64,000 nt of DNA from Gammaproteobacteria bacterium. Its GTDB lineage: Bacteria > Pseudomonadota > Gammaproteobacteria > Eutrophobiales > Eutrophobiaceae. Shown here piece after piece: positions 42,135-51,403 of this stretch. Under the pieces are notes generated by a model. That model saw nothing but the letters and a program-made list of their open reading frames with translations. It had not been told where the DNA came from and did no database searches. Location of the stretch: the NCBI GenBank assembly GCA_965243205.1, contig CBDEUK010000002.1, positions 544,001 to 608,000 of the forward strand, given 5' to 3'. Every line of letters begins with the position of its first letter. The first letter of the stretch is position 1. Made by a program: the position numbers and the translations under genes.

Positions 42135-44156
42135 ATGAGATTTTTAACTTACAGCATACTGCTGTTTATGTTTTGTATTAGCTATAAAAGCTATAGCAAA
42201 GAACAGTTTTATGAATTAGATATCAATTACAAAACTACCAATATTACTGGTGAATCTATAGAAGCTATGTTGATTAACAATCAATTACCAGGACCAGTTT
42301 TAGAATTTACTGAAGGTGATGTCGCGATTATAAAAGTCAACAACCATTTAAGATCTGATGCCTCTATTCATTGGCACGGTTTATTATTACCACAAGATCA
42401 AGACGGTGTACCTTATATCACCTATTACCCAATCAAACCTGGAGAAAGCTTTACTTATCGATTTCCAATAACTCATACAGGAACTTATTGGTATCATTCA
42501 CATACCTTAATTGATGAACAACGTGGACAATATGGTTCTATCATTATTCATCCAAAACAAAAACGTAATTTAAAATACGATCATGATGTGGTAGTCCAAT
42601 TATCAGACTGGACTAATGAGAGCCCTGTTCAAGCATTACGCAATTTGAAAAAAAATGGCGACTGGTATTCTTTAAAAAAGAACTCTGTCATCAGTTTATA
42701 TGGTTATTTGGAACACAATGCCTTTTCTAATTGGCTTAGTAACCGTTGGATGCGTATGGATGGAATGGATGTTAGCGATGTTGGATATGACGCATTTTTA
42801 GCTAATGGGGTTGCGCAACTAAAACTATTAGCTAACGCTAAAGCAGGAGACGTTATAAGACTTCGTTTTATTAATTCTGCAGCTTCTAGTTATTTTCGTT
42901 TAGAACAAAGTAATACACCGTTTACAGTAATTAACGCAGACGGTATTGATGTCCAACCTATTACTGTCGATAAAATTTTAATGGGTATGGCAGAAACCTA
43001 TGATGTTTTAGTCACAGTTCCAGAATCAGGAGGATTAGAAATCAATGCCAATAATATCGATGGCACGGGAAAAGCTTCGATTAGAATCGGTTCTGGAAAG
43101 TTTATAGCAGCCCCATTACCGATAAAACCTAATCTATATGCTAAGATGAATCATGGCTCGCATACAATGATACATAATAAAAATAATAATAAGGAACATC
43201 ATCATAAGCATCATAACAAACATAATAAAAAACAACTGAGTTATAAGATGCTAAAAACTGTTACTCCAATAAAATATGAAGGCAAAGTAAGAACCATAAA
43301 ACTTGATTTAACAGGTGATATGGAAAGCTATAATTGGAATTTTAATAACACACCATTAACCGATGCTGATGTCATAAAAATCAAGCGGGGAGATGTTGTT
43401 CGTTTCGAACTTAATAATAAAACCATGATGCGACATCCTCTTCATTTACATGGTCATTTCTTTAAGGTGATTTCTGGAAATGAAGAATATGATGTATTAA
43501 AACATACCGTTGATATTGGACCAATGGAAAAAGTAACCATCGAGTTTACTGCTAACGAAGAGAAAGATTGGTTTTTTCATTGCCATAATCTTTATCATGC
43601 TAAAACAGGCATGGCTAGAGTTATCCGTTATCATGATTATCCAGGTAACTCTGACTTTATAAAAGCAAAGAAAACCAGTAATGAAATCATGGATGACGAT
43701 TGGTATTCACGATTAGATTTAAGCTTATATAATAATTTTATCGCTGGTAAATTACGTCTTAGTAATTTTCATTATAGTATCGAAATAGATTCAGAACGAG
43801 CAGATTGGCAAGAAAACCAAATTCATTTATCTATTAACCGAAGGGTAAATCGTTGGACTCGTGTTTTTATTGGAAGTGAATACGAAACTGACAAAGGCAC
43901 AGAATATCAATTAGGTATCCGCTATCACACGCCTTTTTCTTTTGAAACAGCTGTATGGCTGAACGATGAGCTAGAACCCAATGGCCGTTTAGGAACTGAA
44001 TTGCAACTAACGAAACATATTGTAACAGAATTTAGTATCGATACAGAGGATGATTGGTTTTTTGATATAGAATATCGTTTCTCGCCTAATATAAGTTTAA
44101 ATACAGGAGTCAGAGATAATTCCGATTGGGGAGTAGGTATTAAATTGATATTTTAA
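42135..44156 (+). CDS. Multicopper oxidase (CopA-like) with His-rich insert and C-terminal CopB-like beta-barrel
   Basis: HWHG, WYHSH, HPLHLHGH, HCHNLYH..GM copper motifs; amphipathic C-terminal strands ending in Phe. Confidence 0.92.
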   Translation: MRFLTYSILLFMFCISYKSYSKEQFYELDINYKTTNITGESIEAMLINNQLPGPVLEFTEGDVAIIKVNNHLRSDASIHWHGLLLPQDQDGVPYITYYPIKPGESFTYRFPITHTGTYWYHSHTLIDEQRGQYGSIIIHPKQKRNLKYDHDVVVQLSDWTNESPVQALRNLKKNGDWYSLKKNSVISLYGYLEHNAFSNWLSNRWMRMDGMDVSDVGYDAFLANGVAQLKLLANAKAGDVIRLRFINSAASSYFRLEQSNTPFTVINADGIDVQPITVDKILMGMAETYDVLVTVPESGGLEINANNIDGTGKASIRIGSGKFIAAPLPIKPNLYAKMNHGSHTMIHNKNNNKEHHHKHHNKHNKKQLSYKMLKTVTPIKYEGKVRTIKLDLTGDMESYNWNFNNTPLTDADVIKIKRGDVVRFELNNKTMMRHPLHLHGHFFKVISGNEEYDVLKHTVDIGPMEKVTIEFTANEEKDWFFHCHNLYHAKTGMARVIRYHDYPGNSDFIKAKKTSNEIMDDDWYSRLDLSLYNNFIAGKLRLSNFHYSIEIDSERADWQENQIHLSINRRVNRWTRVFIGSEYETDKGTEYQLGIRYHTPFSFETAVWLNDELEPNGRLGTELQLTKHIVTEFSIDTEDDWFFDIEYRFSPNISLNTGVRDNSDWGVGIKLIF

Positions 44157-44162
44157 AACTTA

Positions 44163-46049
44163 TCAATACAACTCAATTTCTGTAGCGACTTCCAGTGCTT
44201 TTTTTGCTAGCTTTTTATGTTCACCTTTATTACCGATTACAAAAAAAGCACCTGGTCCTTCAATCGTATCTGCAATTTTATGAATCAAATTATCCATTGA
44301 TTTATGCCACTTTGCCTTACAAATAAAAACATAAACAGGTTCATCTTCAAATATCTTAACTTTTTTACGGCAAACCCAAATTCGATCAAGTCCATCCATT
44401 TCAACTAACTGTTTGCGTAAATAATCAATCCACTCTTCATTTAATTCATCAGTAATAAATTCATCTTTATCATACAAATCTGCTCGTTCTAGTTGCGCTT
44501 TATTTTGTAAATCAATATGCGACTCAGCGCGTAATCGATATTCTTCCGCGCGATGTTTATCATCCTTTTGTAAGAAATAATCATAAGCCAATTCACAAGC
44601 AGGAATCACAGCCCTATGATAGTTCATACTTTTATCTAGAAACTCTAGACCAGAAAGGTCATCCTTAGCTAATAATAGGCGACCTATTGCATAATTCGCT
44701 CCTGCATCATCTGGATATTGTTGTAAAAATGTTTGATACAAAGGTAATGCATCGATATTGGGTTTTAATTCTTCCGTCCATGCAGCCAAATTCCATAATT
44801 CATCTGCATTTAATTCTTCGTTTTTTTGTTTTTCTTCTAACTTATCAAGTTCTTCTTTACTCTTTTGTAAGTAATCATAGCGATCTCGCCACCATTGTTC
44901 ATTGTTACTAGCCCAATCATGATCAAAATCTTGTAAGATTTCCGATAATTTATTTCCGAACACTACTTCAGCGGCGCTTTTATCAGGGAGTGTTGGTAGT
45001 GTGAAATTTTGTGTATATGGACTAACTCGATCTTTTAAACAAGGATGTGTATTGGTATGTTCTGTGGTTTCTTTAAGAGCTTTGTTTAATAAATCACGTT
45101 TCTCTTCTTGTTTAAATGGTTTCGATTTTAAACGCTGAAATAAACCTGTATAAATCTTATTATTAATTTCATCTGTTTTACCAACTTCTTTTTCTACTTC
45201 TGACCAATAATATTTATCGATTAAATCAGGGGCAACATGCGCTTGACTCAAAGCTGTTGCAAACGCTTCTTTTGAAGTTAATCGAACCGCCACTGAATCC
45301 GCTTCGTATTCATTGTTTCTCGCTAATGCAAACGAATAGGCATTAAAATAAGGCGCATACCAATCAAAAAAACGACCGAAAATAATATGCCCTGCTCCAC
45401 CAACTTGATCAAATGCATCCATAATACGCATCCATGTCATTCTGACACGATAGATCCAACCAGCAAAAACACTATGATTACCAGAGAGATGCCCATATTC
45501 ATGAGCCACAACAGAAACAAACTCGTCTTTATTCATAGACATCATCAACGATAAACCCAGTATTAACGTATTTTTATTCCAGCCAAAAATACCAAGCCTG
45601 GGAGTTTGTACAATCGCAGCATTAAATTCAGAAGTTAATATCACTTCATGAATTTTAGGTGCCTTAAGTTTTTTACTGATCTTGTCTAATAACTTAAACA
45701 ATTTTGGATATTCAGAACGACTTAGAATGTAACCTGTTGGCGCTTCTAGTTTAACCCATAATGCTTTAATCAATACATAAAACACCATGAGAAGAACGAT
45801 AATTAATTTTTTCTTAATTAATAATAATAAAAATACCGAGCTGTGAATTGCACCTAAAACACAAAGTCCAATTAATAATAGAGTAAAAATTAACACACCA
45901 AAAATATAGGCATAACCAAGCCCTGCCAACATGCCTAGTTTTCGTTTATAGGCTGATGGGTTATTTTTAAAATTCTCTTCGGCTTGTTCTATGAGTTGAT
46001 GAAAATCTTTGCGTCTTTCGGTGGTTGTTTTGCCAGACATTGGTGCCAC
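44163..46049 (-). CDS. M48 family membrane metallopeptidase with helical (TPR-like) C-terminus
   Basis: N-terminal TM helices, HEYGH, EYEAD, THP. Confidence 0.88.
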   Translation of the reverse strand: MAPMSGKTTTERRKDFHQLIEQAEENFKNNPSAYKRKLGMLAGLGYAYIFGVLIFTLLLIGLCVLGAIHSSVFLLLLIKKKLIIVLLMVFYVLIKALWVKLEAPTGYILSRSEYPKLFKLLDKISKKLKAPKIHEVILTSEFNAAIVQTPRLGIFGWNKNTLILGLSLMMSMNKDEFVSVVAHEYGHLSGNHSVFAGWIYRVRMTWMRIMDAFDQVGGAGHIIFGRFFDWYAPYFNAYSFALARNNEYEADSVAVRLTSKEAFATALSQAHVAPDLIDKYYWSEVEKEVGKTDEINNKIYTGLFQRLKSKPFKQEEKRDLLNKALKETTEHTNTHPCLKDRVSPYTQNFTLPTLPDKSAAEVVFGNKLSEILQDFDHDWASNNEQWWRDRYDYLQKSKEELDKLEEKQKNEELNADELWNLAAWTEELKPNIDALPLYQTFLQQYPDDAGANYAIGRLLLAKDDLSGLEFLDKSMNYHRAVIPACELAYDYFLQKDDKHRAEEYRLRAESHIDLQNKAQLERADLYDKDEFITDELNEEWIDYLRKQLVEMDGLDRIWVCRKKVKIFEDEPVYVFICKAKWHKSMDNLIHKIADTIEGPGAFFVIGNKGEHKKLAKKALEVATEIELY

Positions 46050-46124
46050 TTTCCTTATTATTTATTTTCTGTTTTACGATTTATCTAAATTATGTTTTTA
46101 GTTTTTAATCAATACACTAGACAA

Positions 46125-46152
46125 TAATCGGCATGTTGGCTCTATTTTTTTA
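46125..46152 (-). promoter_or_regulatory. Putative sigma28 promoter of the M48 peptidase
   Basis: TAAA-N16-GCCGATTA (spacer 1 nt longer than consensus). Confidence 0.4.
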
Positions 46153-46201
46153 ATTTTTTGAGATATAATCCCGAAATATTTCAGTAATATAACGTTAGTT
46201 C

Positions 46202-47479
46202 ATGAACATAGCATTAAAAACTCTGGGTTGCCGTTTGAATGAGGCCGAATTACAAACATGGGCCCGAGACTTTCAACAGCGCGGACATGTCATTTCTAAA
46301 AATACAGAAGACGCCGATCTGATTATTTTAAATACCTGTGCTGTCACTCAAGAATCTGTAAAAAAGTCTCGGCAGCTGATCCGTAAAACTCATCGTAATA
46401 ATCCAAAGGCTAAGTTAGTGGTCAGCGGTTGTTACGCCAGCCTGGATGAGAAAATACAAAATGATATCGAAGGCATTGATCTAGTTATTAATAACAAAGA
46501 TAAAGATAAACTCGTCGATATTGCTAGCGAGATACTCGAAGTACCTTCCATGCCGAGCGAGGCAACCACGCCAGGTGAATTCAGTTTGTTTTCTCCGAAT
46601 CGTTCCAGAGCATTTGTTAAAGTTCAAGATGGTTGTCGCTATCGTTGCACCTTTTGTATTGTCACAGTAGCTCGTGGTGAAGAACGCAGTCGAACTATTC
46701 ATGATGTTATTAATGAAATAAATGCATTGGCTGAATCAGGCGTTAAAGAAGTTGTTCTGACAGGTGTTCATATCGGGGGATATGGTAGCGATATCGAACA
46801 AGATTTATATACTTTAATTAAAACAGTCTTAGAACAAACCGATATACCTCGTTTACGTTTAGGTTCTGTTGAACCTTGGGACTTGCCTGAAAATTTTTTT
46901 GAATTATTCGATAATCCACGTTTCATGCCACATCTACACCTGCCATTACAAAGCGGTTGTGATTCTGTTTTAAAAAGAATGGCCCGTAGATGTAAAACCG
47001 ACGATTATCGCACTCTTATCGAACATGCTCGAAATTCGGTTAAAGACTTTCTGGTAACAACAGATATCATTGTCGGCTTTCCAGGAGAAACCGATGAGGA
47101 ATGGCAAACGACAATGCAATATATTGAATCCATAGGATTTTCTCATATTCATATTTTCACTTACTCACCTCGCGAAGGTACTAAAGCAGCAGGACTCTCC
47201 CAACAAGTACCTCATGAAATAAAAAAACAGCGTAGCCAGCAACTACATGATTTAGCATCTGAAATGAAACAGCAGTTTTTACAACAGGCCTTAAATCAGA
47301 GTTATGAAATTCTTTGGGAAAATAGAACCGATAAAATACAAGAAAACAAAATCCAATATTTCGGTTATACACCTAATTTTTTACGTATAAGCAAAATTTG
47401 TACAGACAACTCTAATTTGCAAAACATCATTACAACTGAAATACCTTCTTCTACATCTCGAGAGGAATTATTCATATAA
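46202..47479 (+). CDS. mtaB: tRNA t6A37 methylthiotransferase (MtaB type)
   Basis: TLGCRLN, NTCAVT, KVQDGCRYRCTFC, HLHLPLQSG, FTYSPREGTKAA. Confidence 0.88.
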   Translation: MNIALKTLGCRLNEAELQTWARDFQQRGHVISKNTEDADLIILNTCAVTQESVKKSRQLIRKTHRNNPKAKLVVSGCYASLDEKIQNDIEGIDLVINNKDKDKLVDIASEILEVPSMPSEATTPGEFSLFSPNRSRAFVKVQDGCRYRCTFCIVTVARGEERSRTIHDVINEINALAESGVKEVVLTGVHIGGYGSDIEQDLYTLIKTVLEQTDIPRLRLGSVEPWDLPENFFELFDNPRFMPHLHLPLQSGCDSVLKRMARRCKTDDYRTLIEHARNSVKDFLVTTDIIVGFPGETDEEWQTTMQYIESIGFSHIHIFTYSPREGTKAAGLSQQVPHEIKKQRSQQLHDLASEMKQQFLQQALNQSYEILWENRTDKIQENKIQYFGYTPNFLRISKICTDNSNLQNIITTEIPSSTSREELFI

Positions 47480-47560
47480 TTGATTATTTCCCTTTATATT
47501 TACGAAACATGAATTAAAATTATTAATAACTCTATATAAATAAGATAGCGCATAGGAATC

Positions 47561-49345
47561 ATGCTCAACACTATTAATTCAGTTTCAGGACAGCAACAAT
47601 TAACGTTAGATTATGTCTTAAATCAGCTAATCAATGATAAATTAATTACTCAACAACAACGCAATCAATTTCTCAGTATTTCAAGAGAACATGATGCTTC
47701 CAAACATCCATTAATCATTTTAGCCAATCAAAATTGGCAAGCAGCAGTTAATCCTCCTTACCCATTAAATTTGGAAGAATTAACTCGCTGGTTAGCAAAA
47801 AAAGTTTCCCAAGAATATATAAAAATAGATCCTTTAAAAATAGATGTTGCCAAAATCACAGGCGTTGTTTCCCAAGCTTATGCATCAAAATTAAAAATCT
47901 TACCTATCGATGTAAGCGATACTCAAATAACCGTTGCCACGTGTGAACCGTTTATTGATCACTGGGAAAATGAATTATCAAAAATTGCAAACCTTTCTAT
48001 TAAACGTGTTTTAATTAATCCGAAAGATCTTGAACGGTATTTGGTCGAGTTTTTTGGAGTAAGTCGTTCAATTCTTGGAGCAGTTTCTGATAAGTCTGGA
48101 GAAACATTATCTAAAATAACTAACTTCGAACAATTAATTGAAGTTGGCAAGATGGGTGAGCCTGATGCTAATGATAGACATGTCGTTAGCATTGTGGATT
48201 GGTTATTACAATTTGCATTTGAACAACGTGCTAGTGATATCCATTTAGAACCACGCCGTCAGCAAGGTAAAGTTCGATTTAGAATTGATGGCGTCATGCA
48301 TAATGTTCATGAGTTTCCTGAAATTATCTTGAATGCCATTACTAGCAGATTAAAATCTTTAGGTCGCATGGATGTAACTGATAGAAGACGACCTCAAGAT
48401 GGTCGTATAAAAACCAAATCTCCTGCTGGCAAAGAAATCGAAATGCGTTTGTCTACCATGCCAACGGCTTTTGGCGAAAAAATGGTGTTACGTATTTTTG
48501 ATCCTGATATGTTATATAAAAACTTTCAGCAATTGGGTTTCACCAAACATGACCAACAGTTATGGCATAACATGACTGAAAAACCACATGGAATTATATT
48601 AGTTACTGGCCCAACCGGTTCTGGTAAAACTACAACACTTTATTCTTCTTTACGGATTCTCGCTAAACCTGAATTAAATGTATGCACCATAGAAGATCCA
48701 ATCGAGATGGTCGATCCCACATTAAATCAAATGCAAGTGCAACAAAATATAAATGTAGATTTTGCAACTGGCGTTAAGACTTTATTACGACAAGATCCAG
48801 ATATCATAATGATTGGCGAGATACGCGATAAAGAAACCGCTGATATGGCAATACAAGCTGCTCTAACTGGACATTTAGTCTTATCTACACTACATACAAA
48901 TGATGCGCCATCAGCAATCACCCGTTTAATTGATATTGGTGTACAACCTTTTTTAATCAGTGCAACTTTGTTAGGCGTCCTTGCGCAACGATTAGTACGT
49001 ACACTATGCCCACATTGTAAACAACCAACTAAACTTGATGAAAATGCTTGGCATCAATTTTGTCATCCGTTAAAAATTAAAGTACCTAATAATGCATGTA
49101 AACCTGTTGGTTGTGATGAATGTCGCCATACAGGGTATAAAGGACGAACGGGTATTTATGAAGCCTTTACTTTAAACAAAACAATGAAAAAATTAGTATC
49201 GGATAAAACCGAATTAATTCCTTTGCGCAATGCTGCACTTAAAGATGGAATGCGCAGTTTACGTTATTCAGGAGCTCATAAAGTAGCAGAAGGGTTAACA
49301 ACATTGGAAGAGTTGTATACTGTCTTGCCTATCCATGAAGAATAA
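47561..49345 (+). CDS. GspE/PulE/PilB family secretion ATPase
   Basis: ASDIHLEP, GPTGSGKTTT, TIEDPIE, LRQDPD, GHLVLSTLH, CxxC..CxxC. Confidence 0.93.
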   Translation: MLNTINSVSGQQQLTLDYVLNQLINDKLITQQQRNQFLSISREHDASKHPLIILANQNWQAAVNPPYPLNLEELTRWLAKKVSQEYIKIDPLKIDVAKITGVVSQAYASKLKILPIDVSDTQITVATCEPFIDHWENELSKIANLSIKRVLINPKDLERYLVEFFGVSRSILGAVSDKSGETLSKITNFEQLIEVGKMGEPDANDRHVVSIVDWLLQFAFEQRASDIHLEPRRQQGKVRFRIDGVMHNVHEFPEIILNAITSRLKSLGRMDVTDRRRPQDGRIKTKSPAGKEIEMRLSTMPTAFGEKMVLRIFDPDMLYKNFQQLGFTKHDQQLWHNMTEKPHGIILVTGPTGSGKTTTLYSSLRILAKPELNVCTIEDPIEMVDPTLNQMQVQQNINVDFATGVKTLLRQDPDIIMIGEIRDKETADMAIQAALTGHLVLSTLHTNDAPSAITRLIDIGVQPFLISATLLGVLAQRLVRTLCPHCKQPTKLDENAWHQFCHPLKIKVPNNACKPVGCDECRHTGYKGRTGIYEAFTLNKTMKKLVSDKTELIPLRNAALKDGMRSLRYSGAHKVAEGLTTLEELYTVLPIHEE

Positions 49346-49358
49346 ATTAGTTTAATCA

Positions 49359-49694
49359 TTAATGTACTTTCATACCGGAAAAACCAGTAATAGCAACGAC
49401 CCCAATCACAATAAATATCATTCCTAATATTGCCGCCAAATCTGGCTTTTGATCAAAAATAATCATTCCGAATATAGCAACTAAAACAATACCAGCACCA
49501 GCCCAGATAGAATAAGCGATGGCAACAGGAATCTTATCTAGTGTTAACGATAGAAAATAAAAAGAAACAGCATAACCTCCTGCAGCGAGCAAACATGGTA
49601 TTAATTGTGTAAAACCTTCTGTAGCTCTTAATGAAATTGTACCAACTACTTCACAAACAATTGCAATTGATAAATATAAATAATACATAATCAT
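49359..49694 (-). CDS. SMR family (EmrE/QacE-like) transporter
   Basis: AIVCEVVGT with membrane Glu, AYSIWAG; four TM helices. Confidence 0.92.
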   Translation of the reverse strand: MIMYYLYLSIAIVCEVVGTISLRATEGFTQLIPCLLAAGGYAVSFYFLSLTLDKIPVAIAYSIWAGAGIVLVAIFGMIIFDQKPDLAAILGMIFIVIGVVAITGFSGMKVH

Positions 49695-51184
49695 TCATTC
49701 CTATTTTTCAAACAATACGTTCCTAAAAGAACAATCGTTAGGTTAATTGTTAAGCCATATAATCCAGGATGAAAGCCATATAGCTTACCTGATTTTACTT
49801 GCTCAAAACCACCAAAGGCAATTATCAATGATATAAAAATACCGACTAATAACCCTAATATAATGTAATAAGCTTTTATTGATTTAAAATGCATGCTCAA
49901 TATAAACGCTGGCACCAACTGTATAAGCAAATCAAATTTCCTATCTAATAAGCTCAATAAAGAGGCTTTATCTTGTAAATAAATTGCAAAAAATATTAAT
50001 AGTACTACTAATGTCCATGAACATAGTTTCGCAATAAAGGTTAACTCTGATTCTTTCGCTTGAGGATTGATAAACCCTGCATAGATATCCTTACTTAACA
50101 TTGAAGAAATACTTAGCAAGGCAGAATCAGCAGTTGACATCATAGCCGCCAAAGCCGCAGAAAATAATACAACGACTAACCAATACCCCAGCAATGAACC
50201 TTGTTGAATTTCGAGTAACAATCGTGCAAAAATTTGATCGCTACCAACACCTTCTAAACCTGGAATATATGCAATTGCATAAATCCCCGCAACAACAGCA
50301 ACTAAAGTAGTTGTTAATGGTATAAATGCCATAATAGCCATGCTATGACGTAACACTCTTGCTGAACTTGCAGAATAAATTCTTTGAATAGCTTGAGGAT
50401 AAAGCGAGCCAGCTAATCCAACGAGTAAAATGTAACTTATCCATTCACGTATGCGATTAGCATCTGGTAATTGAGATTTTTCTTGTATCGATTTGTCGAA
50501 TGATGATTGTATTGTTTCGCTAGCTAATTGAATACTTCCGTAATGTTGATGTAATACAAATAGCAGAATAGCAAATCCAGCCATTAATACGATACCTTGT
50601 ATAGCATCAGTCCATGCTATCGCTCTCATACCACCTAATGTTCCATAAATAACCATGATAATCGTAAGTAAAATCACTCCAAATAAATACGCCTGGAATG
50701 GATCGCCACTTGATAAGCCTTGAATCGCTCTTCCCATTGCCATTAATTGAGCTAAAAAATAATTACTTAAAACAATAATCATTATTAAAGCCGCTAATAA
50801 ATTTAACGCCTTAGACTGGAAGCGATAGTTTAAATAGTCAACGGGAGTGATAAACGAATGTTGTTTGGCAAGATGATAAAGTTTTGGCGCATAGAATTGA
50901 TAACAAATTATTATTGCTGTCATAAATTGTACGCACATTATCCAAACAAAACCTACTCGATAGGTTTTTCCTGTATATCCAAAAAAGGTATTACCACTAT
51001 ATTGTGTTGCATATAATGTTAAAAATAATATCAAAACTCCAAAACTAGAACCCGCTAAATAGAAATCCGATAGTGTATTTTCTTTTCTTGAACGATAGCC
51101 CAACCAACCTATGAGTAAGAAACTTGCTAAATAAACAATAATAAAAACCCAAGCTGAAAAATTAAACGGTGTTAATGACTGCAT
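49691..51184 (-). CDS. Sodium:solute symporter family protein
   Basis: DFYLAG, ATQYSG, GGMRAIAWTD, AAMMSTADS; many TM helices. Confidence 0.92.
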   Translation of the reverse strand: MQSLTPFNFSAWVFIIVYLASFLLIGWLGYRSRKENTLSDFYLAGSSFGVLILFLTLYATQYSGNTFFGYTGKTYRVGFVWIMCVQFMTAIIICYQFYAPKLYHLAKQHSFITPVDYLNYRFQSKALNLLAALIMIIVLSNYFLAQLMAMGRAIQGLSSGDPFQAYLFGVILLTIIMVIYGTLGGMRAIAWTDAIQGIVLMAGFAILLFVLHQHYGSIQLASETIQSSFDKSIQEKSQLPDANRIREWISYILLVGLAGSLYPQAIQRIYSASSARVLRHSMAIMAFIPLTTTLVAVVAGIYAIAYIPGLEGVGSDQIFARLLLEIQQGSLLGYWLVVVLFSAALAAMMSTADSALLSISSMLSKDIYAGFINPQAKESELTFIAKLCSWTLVVLLIFFAIYLQDKASLLSLLDRKFDLLIQLVPAFILSMHFKSIKAYYIILGLLVGIFISLIIAFGGFEQVKSGKLYGFHPGLYGLTINLTIVLLGTYCLKNRNE

Positions 51185-51204
51185 ATTCTGAAGAGATATT
51201 TAAT

Positions 51205-51393
51205 CTATTCTTCCCCAGGCCAAGAAGTGGTTAGTAAAAGAAAAGCCGTATAACAACTGATAAGAAAAGAAACAAAAATAGAAGCTACTACCCATAGAGG
51301 TAAACCTAAAAATAATTTCTTACCAAATTCTCCCCAATACCAAGGAATCGCAAATAAAAATAAAATTAAATAAATAAGAACGTTCTTTATCAT
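51205..51393 (-). CDS. Small two-TM symporter partner (DUF3311/DUF997-like)
   Basis: IPWYW...FLGLPLW pattern immediately upstream of the symporter gene. Confidence 0.7.
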   Translation of the reverse strand: MIKNVLIYLILFLFAIPWYWGEFGKKLFLGLPLWVVASIFVSFLISCYTAFLLLTTSWPGEE

Positions 51394-51403
51394 ATAAATA
51401 TTT

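Noticed and set aside
39415-46100. att-site duplication of the tRNA 3' end marking a genomic island
   Set aside because: No second copy of the tRNA 3' sequence found by eye and no integrase in the window.
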